A DNA stretch of 64,000 nucleotides from an uncultured Candidatus Peribacteria bacterium. GTDB lineage: Bacteria > Patescibacteriota > Gracilibacteria > Peribacterales > Peribacteraceae. Of this stretch, positions 17,416-26,102 are shown in pieces. The stretch lies in NCBI GenBank assembly GCA_964508225.1, contig CAZDRX010000001.1, forward strand, positions 7,680-71,679. The letters are read 5' to 3'. The notes beneath the pieces are model-generated. The model was given only the letters and a program-made list of their open reading frames with translations, ran no database searches and had not been told where the DNA came from. A program made the translations under genes and the position numbers. How positions within the stretch are numbered: position 1 is the first letter of the stretch; each line of letters starts with the position of its first letter.

Positions 17416-17523
17416 TGATCAAAGAACCGAGTGCGGTTCGTTGCAAGCCTTTTTGGTGTTCCTGAAGCGACAAATGACAGGGGGAGGCGGTACTCTGAGA
17501 GACAATTTCCTCTCCCTTCTTGT

Positions 17524-18081
17524 ATGTCCGATTTCTCCGTGAGTCTCTTCCAGTCGACGGCCGTCGCCTACGCACTTGCCATCGTGGTGGTCGCGTTCGT
17601 TCTGCTCTTCATCCCGAGCCTCCTCGTGCCGGGTGCCAAGCCGCAGGGCATCGCACGCGCCATTTCGTGTTACCTCTGGAAGACCGTGGGTCTCATCATC
17701 ATGGCGATGAGCATCGTGCAGCTCGCGTTCAACCTCGTGAACGGACAACTCCCCGACTCCCCGCTCCTCTCCGCACTCATCCTGCTCTTCGTTGTCGGCA
17801 TCGGCACGATGATCCAGGCCAGCCGCATGGTGAAATCCGTCGATGAAGCTTCGGTTGTTGTCGTCCGCCTCGTCTTCTCACACACCTGCGAAGTGGTCGG
17901 CGGCATGATCGCCCTCGTCTCCGCTCTCTCTATCGCCCTCACGGTGCTCCTCACGAGCGGTCTCGCCGACTGGCAGATGTCGGCCACGATGCTGCTCCTC
18001 GGTGTCACCACCATGCTCACCGCCTCCATCCACATCAAGAACAAGAATGGCGGCAGGGCTCCTGCAAAGCGCAGGAAATAG
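17524..18081 (+). CDS. polytopic membrane protein (about 5 TM) between rplK and rplA
   Basis: ATG at 17524 within ORF 17431..18081. Five or six hydrophobic segments and a basic tail 'KNKNGGRAPAKRRK'. No family recognised. Confidence 0.6.
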   Translation: MSDFSVSLFQSTAVAYALAIVVVAFVLLFIPSLLVPGAKPQGIARAISCYLWKTVGLIIMAMSIVQLAFNLVNGQLPDSPLLSALILLFVVGIGTMIQASRMVKSVDEASVVVVRLVFSHTCEVVGGMIALVSALSIALTVLLTSGLADWQMSATMLLLGVTTMLTASIHIKNKNGGRAPAKRRK

Positions 18082-18182
18082 GCTTGCAGGGTCGGAAATC
18101 ACACGTGTACACTACGCGAGCTTCGTGGAAGCCCTCGCATACGGGCGAACCCTTTTAACCCACCACGTTCCCCCATTCTTCT

Positions 18183-18881
18183 ATGGCGTTACTCAAAGTT
18201 CAGCCGGTTCAAGGCGGCAAGAAATACCGCGAAAAGAAAGCACTCGTGGACAAGCCCTCCTACAGCATCGCTGACGCGGTCGCACTCCTCACGAAAGTGG
18301 GCGTGACCAAGTTCGATGCCTCCGCCGAGGTGCATATCCGTATCGGCGCCGACATGACCCAGTCCGATCAGCTCGTGCGCGGCACGGTCACCCTGCCGCA
18401 CGGCACGGGCAAGAAGGTGCGCATCGCCGCATTCGTCACGGACGACTTCGTGGACGAAGCGAAGAAGGCAGGCGCCATGCACGTAGGCAACGCCGATCTC
18501 ATCAAGCAGATCGAAGGCGGCATGCTCGATTTCGACATCACGGTGGCCATGCCCCAGCTCATGAAGGATCTCGGCAAGCTCGCCAAAGTCCTCGGTCCCA
18601 AGGGCCTCATGCCGTCCCCGAAGTCGGGCACGGTCTCGGACAAGCCGGGCAAGATCATCGAGGAGCTCGGCAAGGGACGCATCGAGTTCAAGATGGACAA
18701 GCAGGCCATCATCCACACGACCTTCGGCAAGCTCAGCTTCGGCGCCGAGAAGCTCACGAAGAACCTCGAGACGCTTCTCCAGGCCATCAAGGACGCACAG
18801 CCAAGCGGTATCAAGGGCGTGTACATCCTCTCCATCAGCATCAATCCGACGATGGGTCCGGGGATCAAGGTTCAGATGTAA
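18183..18881 (+). CDS. rplA: 50S ribosomal protein L1
   Basis: 'FDASAEVHIRIGAD...VRGTVTLPHGTGK' and the overall L1 pattern. Confidence 0.97.
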   Translation: MALLKVQPVQGGKKYREKKALVDKPSYSIADAVALLTKVGVTKFDASAEVHIRIGADMTQSDQLVRGTVTLPHGTGKKVRIAAFVTDDFVDEAKKAGAMHVGNADLIKQIEGGMLDFDITVAMPQLMKDLGKLAKVLGPKGLMPSPKSGTVSDKPGKIIEELGKGRIEFKMDKQAIIHTTFGKLSFGAEKLTKNLETLLQAIKDAQPSGIKGVYILSISINPTMGPGIKVQM

Positions 18882-18901
18882 TCCTCACTCCGTAGAATCA
18901 G

Positions 18902-18928
18902 CCGGACGGGCAACCGTCCGGTTTTTTT
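18902..18928. terminator. rho-independent terminator after rplA
   Basis: CCGGACGG-gcaa-CCGTCCGG followed by TTTTTTT. It lies between convergent rplA and dusB. Confidence 0.85.
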
Positions 18929-18936
18929 GTATCGGG

Positions 18937-19917
18937 TCAGACAGCCTGCAGCGTCTGCTGCACCTCCTGCAGATTCTCGAGCGTCATGAGCTTCATACGC
19001 AGATCCTTCGCGCCGTCGAAGCCTTTGATGTACCCGCCCATGTGGCGGCGCATCTCGAGCACGCCGCGCCTCTCCCCCTTCATGCGCACGGAGAGCTCGC
19101 AGTGTTCGAGAATGAACGGAATGCGCTCCTTGAAGACGCCGATCTTCTCTTCAGGAGTCAGCGCGCGCTTCACCGCAATATTCCCGTGCCTGAGCGCATC
19201 GACGACTTCACGCATCACCCACGGATTGCCGAATGTGCTGCGTCCGACCATAACCCCGTCGAGATTCCCGAGCTTGGCAATCGCATCTTCGCCGCAGGCG
19301 ATGTCGCCGTTGCCGATGACCGGAACTTTCAACTCCCTCTTGAGCGCATAGATCGGTTCCCAGTCGCTGTCTCCCGTAAACTTGTCGCAGTAACGGCGGC
19401 CGTGGATCGCGAAGGCAGCGGCACCGGCTTCCTCAAGCCCTTTGCAGAACGTGATGAGACTGTCTTTGCTGTCCCAGCCAAGGCGCGTCTTCACGCTCAC
19501 GGGGATCTTCACGGCCTTCACGGCGGACGCGACGAGTTCCGCGGCGAGCTTGGGGTTCCGCATGAGCGCCGATCCGTAACACGACGAGACGATCTTCGCG
19601 GCAGGACAGCCCATGTTGATATCGATACCGTCGGCACCCATCTGCTCGATGACTTTGCATGCCTCGAGAAATTTCACGGGATCGGATCCGAAGATCTGCA
19701 CGATGAACGGCCGCTCCACCGACGGATCGAAGTCGAGCATCTTCATCGTCCGTTCGGAACCGAATGCGATCGCATTCGTGGAGAGAAACTCCGTATACAC
19801 CACCGTCTCGGGTGCGACGCGCTTGATGATCTGACGGTACGACGCATCCGTCACCCCCGCCATGGGAGCGAGTGCGACGATCGGCCTGTGAGTGGTTTCC
19901 CAGGAGAATGGCGTCAT
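18937..19917 (-). CDS. dusB: tRNA-dihydrouridine synthase
   Basis: 'ALAPMAGVTDASYRQI' and 'GIDINMGCPAAKI' (catalytic Cys region), TIM-barrel Dus pattern. Confidence 0.9.
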   Translation of the reverse strand: MTPFSWETTHRPIVALAPMAGVTDASYRQIIKRVAPETVVYTEFLSTNAIAFGSERTMKMLDFDPSVERPFIVQIFGSDPVKFLEACKVIEQMGADGIDINMGCPAAKIVSSCYGSALMRNPKLAAELVASAVKAVKIPVSVKTRLGWDSKDSLITFCKGLEEAGAAAFAIHGRRYCDKFTGDSDWEPIYALKRELKVPVIGNGDIACGEDAIAKLGNLDGVMVGRSTFGNPWVMREVVDALRHGNIAVKRALTPEEKIGVFKERIPFILEHCELSVRMKGERRGVLEMRRHMGGYIKGFDGAKDLRMKLMTLENLQEVQQTLQAV

Positions 19918-20014
19918 GCGATGAATACAATTGGAACTAGTTTACACTATTGGTCAATTTCGAAGAGGGGTTTTACTCCGGAAGAGATTGAGTACAAGCC
20001 GAAACCGCGTGATA

Positions 20015-20395
20015 ATGCCTTCCATGATTCATGTCATGGATCTACTGATCCCGACGGCGCACGCACAAGCGGTCGCGCCCGAAGCTTTGACGATTCCCGG
20101 GAGCTGCATCCAGTTCTTCAGCACGAATCAGGCCACCGCACCCGTTGCCGGCGCCGGATTTCAGTGTCTCGAGGAATTCATCTCCGGTCTCACGTTCGTG
20201 GTCATCGGACTCGCAGCATCGATCGCCCTCATCATGCTCATGATCAACGGCATCCGCTACATGACGGGGCCCGCGACCCCCGGCGGCAGCTCGGATGCAG
20301 CGAAGAAAGGCATCCAGACCTCACTCGTCGGTCTCGCGGTGTGTCTCCTCACCTACGTCATTCTCTCCACATTCATCAGCGCCATCACCCTCTAA
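20015..20395 (+). CDS. TrbC/VirB2-like T4SS pilin-family small membrane protein
   Basis: Signal-like N-terminus ending AHAQA. Two TM helices flank the loop 'INGIRYMTGPATPGGSSDAAKKGI'. ATG at 20024 is an alternative start (GATAAT box 7 nt upstream). Confidence 0.6.
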   Translation: MPSMIHVMDLLIPTAHAQAVAPEALTIPGSCIQFFSTNQATAPVAGAGFQCLEEFISGLTFVVIGLAASIALIMLMINGIRYMTGPATPGGSSDAAKKGIQTSLVGLAVCLLTYVILSTFISAITL

Positions 20396-20399
20396 TCCC

Positions 20400-21665
20400 A
20401 TGCCGAAGAAACCACCCGCACAGGAATCGTTCAAGTCCATCCAGATCCTGAGCGCGAAAGCGCAGTCACTCTGGAGCAAGGCAAAGTCGCGCATGCAGTC
20501 AGCGCAGCAGGAAATGAAGTCCATCCGGAACATCGATCTTCCTGAGCAGAAAGCCAAGAACGTCATGCGTGTCGATGTACCTTCGATCACGGTGGCCAAG
20601 GCAACCATCGTCGTGCTCCTCGTCATCGCAACGGCACTCGCGCTCTTCACGATCCGGGACAAACTGATCGTTCTCGGACTCGCCATGTTCCTCGCCATTG
20701 TCATCGACACGAACGTGCGCTGGCTGGAGCGTCGGGGCGTACCGCGTGGCCTCAGCGTCGTCATCATCTACCTCGTCTTCCTCTCGGTGGCGGTGTTCCT
20801 CCTCGCCTCGCTCATTCCGATCGTCGCCTCGCAGCTGCAGGACATGGCGAGATACATCAACCGGAGCGCGGACTCGTTCCTCCTGAATCCGAACATCCAC
20901 TTCCAGTTCCTCTCGGACGGCATGAACGAGCGGCTCACCATCGTCATGCAGGATGTCCTGCAGCAGATGGGCATCAAGGATCGCGCCTCCGCGCTCTTCC
21001 AGTTCGGTCAGAATCTCTCGGGCGTCGTGCAGAGCTCGGTCACCTTCGCCGTGCAGGCGGCGGGCTCGCTGTTCAATTTCATCGTGAACTTCATCCTGAT
21101 CCTCATGCTCGCGTTCTTCATCCAGCTCGAGCGTGAGAAGATCTCCGACTTCATGCGCTCGGTGCTCCCGCGCGAGTACCGCGGTTACTTCGATGCCAAG
21201 TCCGAAGCGATCTACCACAAGATCTCGCAGTGGTTCCACGGCCAGCTCATCCTCTGTGTCGCGATCGGCGTCCTCGTCTTCGTGGCACTCGAGATCCTCG
21301 GCATGCCGTACGCACTGACTCTCGCTCTCCTCGCAGGCTTTACAGAGTTCATCCCCTACGCAGGCCCGCTCATCGGTGCACTGCCCGCCATCCTCATCGC
21401 GCTCTCCCAGCAGGGACTCGTCTGGGCGCTCGTCGTGCTGCTCGTCTACTACGTCATCCAGCTCTGTGAGAATAATCTCCTCGTTCCGCTCATCATGAAG
21501 CACGCCGTCGGGCTTTCCCCGATCGCGATCATGTTCGGCATGCTCGTGGGTGTGAGCTTCCCGAACACCGTGCATCCGGTGGTCGGCATTCTCCTTGCCG
21601 TGCCCACCACGGCGGTCCTCACGATCTTTATCCAGGACTTCTACGCTTTCAGACGCCGTAAATGA
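20400..21665 (+). CDS. AI-2E family transporter (PerM-like permease)
   Basis: ATG at 20400. About 8 TM segments. The 'FIPYAGPLIGALPAILIAL' motif region is typical of PF01594-type proteins. Confidence 0.8.
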   Translation: MPKKPPAQESFKSIQILSAKAQSLWSKAKSRMQSAQQEMKSIRNIDLPEQKAKNVMRVDVPSITVAKATIVVLLVIATALALFTIRDKLIVLGLAMFLAIVIDTNVRWLERRGVPRGLSVVIIYLVFLSVAVFLLASLIPIVASQLQDMARYINRSADSFLLNPNIHFQFLSDGMNERLTIVMQDVLQQMGIKDRASALFQFGQNLSGVVQSSVTFAVQAAGSLFNFIVNFILILMLAFFIQLEREKISDFMRSVLPREYRGYFDAKSEAIYHKISQWFHGQLILCVAIGVLVFVALEILGMPYALTLALLAGFTEFIPYAGPLIGALPAILIALSQQGLVWALVVLLVYYVIQLCENNLLVPLIMKHAVGLSPIAIMFGMLVGVSFPNTVHPVVGILLAVPTTAVLTIFIQDFYAFRRRK

Positions 21666-21756
21666 GGAATGTAAATTCTTCACTACATTTCGTCACTCAG
21701 ATCCACTTGGAGAAATTATCAACGACAGTCGCTTCCCTTTCAGGAAAAGGGCGGTT

Positions 21757-21805
21757 TATAATGTGCGATCAACTGATCAACTTGTCACTCTCCATGTGAG
21801 AGTGA
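21757..21805 (+). promoter_or_regulatory. clpC promoter/leader: TATAAT, tandem octamers and an 8-bp hairpin
   Basis: TATAAT at 21757-21762. GATCAACT GATCAACT TGTCACTC at 21767-21790. Hairpin TCACTCTC-catgt-GAGAGTGA at 21785-21805. Confidence 0.45.
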
Positions 21806-21830
21806 TAAGGTCACTCCTCTCCCCACTTCT

Positions 21831-24437
21831 ATGCATCCGTTCGACCGCTTCACACCGAATGCAAAGCTTGCTCTCCAACTCGCGGAGCAGGAGGCGAAGA
21901 CCATGAAGTCCCAGTACATCGGGACGGAGCATCTGCTCCTCGGCCTGCTCGGCATCCCGAAGTCCCTCGGCTTCTCCATCCTCACGGGAGCCGGCGTCAC
22001 CCATGAGAACGTCCGCATTCTTCTCAAAGCCGAGAAGGGCGCCGACGATGAAGGCCAGAACGTGAAGCACGGTCTCTCGCTCTCGCTGAACACTGTCATC
22101 GAGCAGAGCGTCATGATCGCCCACAAGTTCCGCCACGGATCGATTGGCACAGAGCACCTCCTCTACGCACTCATCAGCAACGGCAAGAATGCCGCGACCA
22201 CGCTGCTCGAAAGCATGCAGATCAATCCCGAAGATCTGAAGATCCACATCGAGGAGATGTTCGGCCAGATCAACAGCTTCCGTCAGCAGAACAAGAACCT
22301 CGAGTCTTCGCTTGAGTCGTTCTTCCACGGCCTTCAGGGCGCCCTTGCAGGCGTCCAAGGGCAGAACCCGACGGAGAGCGAAGGGCTGAAGCGCCGCAAG
22401 GCCGAGGGCAAGAGCAAGACGCCCGTGCTCGACTACTTCTCCGAGGACATGACGAAGAAAGCCACCGAGAAGAAGTACGACCCGATCATCGGACGCGACA
22501 CCGAGATCGAGCGTCTCGTGCACATCCTGAACCGCAAGACGAAGAACAACCCCGTGCTCATCGGTGAGTCCGGTGTCGGCAAAACTGCGATCGTCGAAGG
22601 TCTCGCCCAGCGCATCGTGGACGGCAAGGTGCCGCCTGCGCTCAGGAACAAGCGCGTCCTCCAGCTCAACATGGGTTCGATCGTGGCCGGTACCAAGTAC
22701 CGCGGTGAATTCGAGCAGCGTTTCGACGACATCATCAAGGAGGCCACCGACAGCAAGGGCGAGATCATTCTCTTCATCGATGAACTCCACACCGTCGTCG
22801 GCTCCGGCTCCGCCGAGGGCTCCCTCGACGCGGCGAATATCCTGAAGCCGGCGCTCTCGCGCTCCGCTCTGCAGGTGATCGGTGCCACAACCACGGACGA
22901 GTACCGCACGAGTATCGAGAAGGACCGCGCTCTCGAGAGACGGTTCCAGTCGATCATGGTGGAGGAACCGAGCACCGAAGACGCCATCGATATCCTCGAA
23001 GGTCTCAAGGGCACGTTTGAGCGCTTCCACAGGCTCACGATCGACCGGAAGGCCATCGAAGCCGCCGTGAAGCTCAGCAAGCGTTACCTCACCGAGAGGT
23101 TCCTGCCGGACAAGGCCATCGACGTGCTCGATGAAGCGGCCGCAGGAAAGAGCATCCACATCAAAGATGACCAGTCCCCCCGCCTCAAGGAGATCGACGC
23201 CGGACTGAAGGATCTCGAGAGCAAGAAGCAGCTCGCGGTCCGCGACCAGAAGTACCAGTACGCGCTCAAGCTCCGCAAAGAGGAGGAGGAACTCCTCGAG
23301 GAGAGGAAGACGCTGCAGGCACAGGTCGACGGCGATCTCCGCTCTCCGGTGGAGATCAACGAAGACGACATCAACGCCGTGATCGCGCGCATGACGGGCA
23401 TCCCCGTCTCCCGTCTCATGAAGTCGGAGACGAAGCGCCTCAACTCGCTCGAACCGGTGCTGAGGAAACACATCGTCGGTCAGGACGAAGCGATCCAGAA
23501 AGTCGCACGCGCCATCCGCAGGAGCCGTGTCGGTATCGCTGACAGCAAGCGTCCGATCGGTTCATTCCTCTTCATGGGTCCCACGGGTGTCGGCAAGACC
23601 GAGCTCGTGAAAGCGCTCGCCACCGAGATCTTCCAGCGCGACGACGCTCTCATCAAGATCGACATGTCCGAATTCATGGAGCGCCACAATGTCTCCCGTC
23701 TCACGGGTACGACCGCCGGCTACGTCGGCTACGAGGAAGGCGGACAGCTCACGGAAGCCGTGCGCCGCAAGCCTTACTCCGTCGTTCTCTTCGATGAGAT
23801 CGAGAAAGCCCACCCCGAGTTCTTCAATATCCTCCTCCAGATCATGGAGGACGGAACGCTCACGGACGGTCAGGGCAAAGTGGTCGACTTCAGGAACACG
23901 ATCATCGTCATGACCAGCAACATCGGCGCCGACAAGCTCACGAAGGAAGCGGGCAAGATCGGCTTCAAGCTGAGCGGCACCGACGACCTCAAGCATGAAG
24001 AGCAGATCTACGAAGAGAAGCGTCAGGAGGTGCTCGCCGAGCTGAAGGACAACTTCCGTCCCGAGTTCCTGAACCGCATCGACCACATCATCGTCTTCAA
24101 TGCTCTCGCACAGGATTCCATCCGCAAGATCGTCCAGATCCACGTCGGCCAGCTCGCCTCCCGCCTCAAGGAGCAGGGCTACGACATCACGCTCGACGAC
24201 AAAGCCATCGAGATCCTCGGCACGCTCGGATTCGATCCGCAGTACGGTGCGAGACCGGTCAGGAGAACCATCCAGGAACACCTCGAGGACCAGATCGCCG
24301 AGAACATCCTCAAAGGCATGTTCAAGAAGGGCGACACCATCAAGGTGGTCGGCAAGGGTGACAAGGAACTGGTACTCCTTCACGACGATAAAGTGGAAAA
24401 GCCGCAGACGAAAGCCAAAAAGGCTGTCGCAGCGTAA
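21831..24437 (+). CDS. clpC: ATP-dependent Clp protease ATP-binding subunit ClpC-type (class I AAA+)
   Basis: Clp_N repeats at the N-terminus, Walker A 'GESGVGKT' and 'GPTGVGKT', short middle domain, C-terminal ClpB_D2-small region. Confidence 0.92.
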   Translation: MHPFDRFTPNAKLALQLAEQEAKTMKSQYIGTEHLLLGLLGIPKSLGFSILTGAGVTHENVRILLKAEKGADDEGQNVKHGLSLSLNTVIEQSVMIAHKFRHGSIGTEHLLYALISNGKNAATTLLESMQINPEDLKIHIEEMFGQINSFRQQNKNLESSLESFFHGLQGALAGVQGQNPTESEGLKRRKAEGKSKTPVLDYFSEDMTKKATEKKYDPIIGRDTEIERLVHILNRKTKNNPVLIGESGVGKTAIVEGLAQRIVDGKVPPALRNKRVLQLNMGSIVAGTKYRGEFEQRFDDIIKEATDSKGEIILFIDELHTVVGSGSAEGSLDAANILKPALSRSALQVIGATTTDEYRTSIEKDRALERRFQSIMVEEPSTEDAIDILEGLKGTFERFHRLTIDRKAIEAAVKLSKRYLTERFLPDKAIDVLDEAAAGKSIHIKDDQSPRLKEIDAGLKDLESKKQLAVRDQKYQYALKLRKEEEELLEERKTLQAQVDGDLRSPVEINEDDINAVIARMTGIPVSRLMKSETKRLNSLEPVLRKHIVGQDEAIQKVARAIRRSRVGIADSKRPIGSFLFMGPTGVGKTELVKALATEIFQRDDALIKIDMSEFMERHNVSRLTGTTAGYVGYEEGGQLTEAVRRKPYSVVLFDEIEKAHPEFFNILLQIMEDGTLTDGQGKVVDFRNTIIVMTSNIGADKLTKEAGKIGFKLSGTDDLKHEEQIYEEKRQEVLAELKDNFRPEFLNRIDHIIVFNALAQDSIRKIVQIHVGQLASRLKEQGYDITLDDKAIEILGTLGFDPQYGARPVRRTIQEHLEDQIAENILKGMFKKGDTIKVVGKGDKELVLLHDDKVEKPQTKAKKAVAA

Positions 24438-24457
24438 TCATTGACAATCAGGGGAAG

Positions 24458-24481
24458 ATGCCGGCTGATGCTGGCATTTTC
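24458..24481 (+). terminator. terminator after clpC
   Basis: ATGCCGGC-tgat-GCTGGCAT followed by TTTT. Confidence 0.6.
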
Positions 24482-24526
24482 CTCATGTTTCTGCTATAAT
24501 TATGAGATTTCCCGAAATAAAAAACT

Positions 24527-25195
24527 ATGCCCATCGAAGCTGTCAAAATCCCGCAGAACGTCTACGTCGAGGACCGCATCATCGGCCCGGTGACGCTCAG
24601 GCAGCTCATCATCTCGGGACTCGGCCTCGGTATCAGCTACGCGATCTTCTCGACGGCACAGAAGTCAGGCGTGACCAACCCCGTCGCTCTCGTTGTGACG
24701 TGGGTTCCGGCGCTCATCTTCTGCTCGTTCGCATTCCTGAAGGTCAACGATCTCACTCTGTTCAATATCATTCTGCTCTCCATCGAAACCTTCAATAAGC
24801 CGAACCAGCGCGTCTGGAGTCCGCACGCCGGTCTCTCGATCAACCTGATCACCCGCCAGCACGTGAAGGAGATCAACGATCTCACGGCCAAGGCATCCAC
24901 GAACGCCGACAAGCTCGTGGAGATCACGCGTCAGCTCGAGAAGCGTCAGGAAGAACTCAGCCAGCTTGCAACGCACTCGATGCCCAATCCGGGCGCTCTG
25001 GAAGGGGTGAAGACGAGGTTTGAAGCCGGTGAAAAGCACGGACTCTACGAGCATGACGACACGAACACCGATTCCTCCGGACCCGTGAAGCGCGAACGCG
25101 TGCAGGCCGCGGGTCTCGATAAAGCGAAGTCCATCGACAGCATCACCGACATCGTCTCCGCATACGAATCCCTCACCGCCGATCCCGCACGCTGA
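24527..25195 (+). CDS. PrgI-family (T4SS-associated) membrane protein with extended C-terminus
   Basis: 'KIPQNVYVEDRIIGPVTLRQLIISGLGLGISYAIF' plus a second TM matches the PrgI N-terminal pattern. TGcTATAAT lies at 24493-24500 upstream. Confidence 0.6.
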   Translation: MPIEAVKIPQNVYVEDRIIGPVTLRQLIISGLGLGISYAIFSTAQKSGVTNPVALVVTWVPALIFCSFAFLKVNDLTLFNIILLSIETFNKPNQRVWSPHAGLSINLITRQHVKEINDLTAKASTNADKLVEITRQLEKRQEELSQLATHSMPNPGALEGVKTRFEAGEKHGLYEHDDTNTDSSGPVKRERVQAAGLDKAKSIDSITDIVSAYESLTADPAR

Positions 25196-25199
25196 ATCT

Positions 25200-25955
25200 A
25201 TGGCTGAACCCACCAATCCAACGGCAACAGGAACCGGCCAGGGCGCTGCAATCCCGGACACCGTCCGCGGAAAGAAGAAGGGCTTCGCGGTCTCCACCCA
25301 GCGCTACCTCCCGATCGCCGAGATCAAGGAAGACACCGTTGTGCTCAAGAACGGCGGTCTGCGCGCCGTGCTCCGCGTGAACTCGCTCAACTTCAATCTC
25401 AAGAGCGAGATCGAGCAGCAGGGTATCATCGCGGGTTACCAGTCGTTCGTGAACACACTCATCTTCCCGGTGCAGATCATCGTCCGCAGTACGCGCCTCA
25501 ATATCGACCCGTACATTCAGGGTCTCAAGAAGCGCGCGGACAAGCAGGAATCGCCGCTGCTCAAAGAACAGACACTCGACTACGCCGACTTCATGGAGAA
25601 GCTCGTGGATATCGCGGACATCATGCAGAAGAGCTTCTACATCGTCGTGCCCGTCGACGCCCCGACGAAGGTGAAGCGCGGTCTCATCCAGCGCTTCCTC
25701 GAGTGGATGAACGTGGACGATGCACGCTCGAAGGCGCTCCAGCGCAGCCGCGAGTTTCATTCCTACGGCAAGATCCTGCGCGACCGCATCACGCTCATCC
25801 AGTCCGGCCTCGAGAACGTGGGCATCACGATGCGCCGCATGAAGACGGCCGAGCTCGTGCAGCTCTTCTACTCGATCTACAACCCGATCACCTCCCAGAA
25901 GCAGAAGTTTGCCAATCTGGAGGAACTGAATCCGGACAAGGCCGCGCTTTTCTAG
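25200..25955 (+). CDS. stand-alone VirB4/TrsE-like N-terminal domain protein (no ATPase domain)
   Basis: 'STQRYLPIAEIKEDTVVLKNGGLRAVLRVNSLNFNLKSEIEQQGIIAGYQSFVNTLIFPVQIIV' resembles the N-terminal region of Gram-positive-type VirB4 ATPases. There is no Walker A motif. 251 aa. Confidence 0.55.
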   Translation: MAEPTNPTATGTGQGAAIPDTVRGKKKGFAVSTQRYLPIAEIKEDTVVLKNGGLRAVLRVNSLNFNLKSEIEQQGIIAGYQSFVNTLIFPVQIIVRSTRLNIDPYIQGLKKRADKQESPLLKEQTLDYADFMEKLVDIADIMQKSFYIVVPVDAPTKVKRGLIQRFLEWMNVDDARSKALQRSREFHSYGKILRDRITLIQSGLENVGITMRRMKTAELVQLFYSIYNPITSQKQKFANLEELNPDKAALF

Positions 25956-26102
25956 CGTAGGAAGCAAGAATCACACGGGAGTCTGTGTTGTTGACCGAAA
26001 GGCCAAAAGACATGTAGAGTAACCCCGTTTTCTCCCCGTGCTGCTCGTGCAAGAGCCCGCAGGAGACCCTCTTACTTCCTTTCCTTGCACCCCCCGTTTT
26101 TT

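Noticed and set aside
21767-21790. The tandem repeats upstream of clpC interpreted as a CtsR operator.
   Set aside because: The CtsR consensus is a heptad (A/G)GTCAAA repeated with a 10-nt period. Here the unit is GATCAACT with an 8-nt period, and no ctsR gene is visible. It is kept only as a generic candidate operator.
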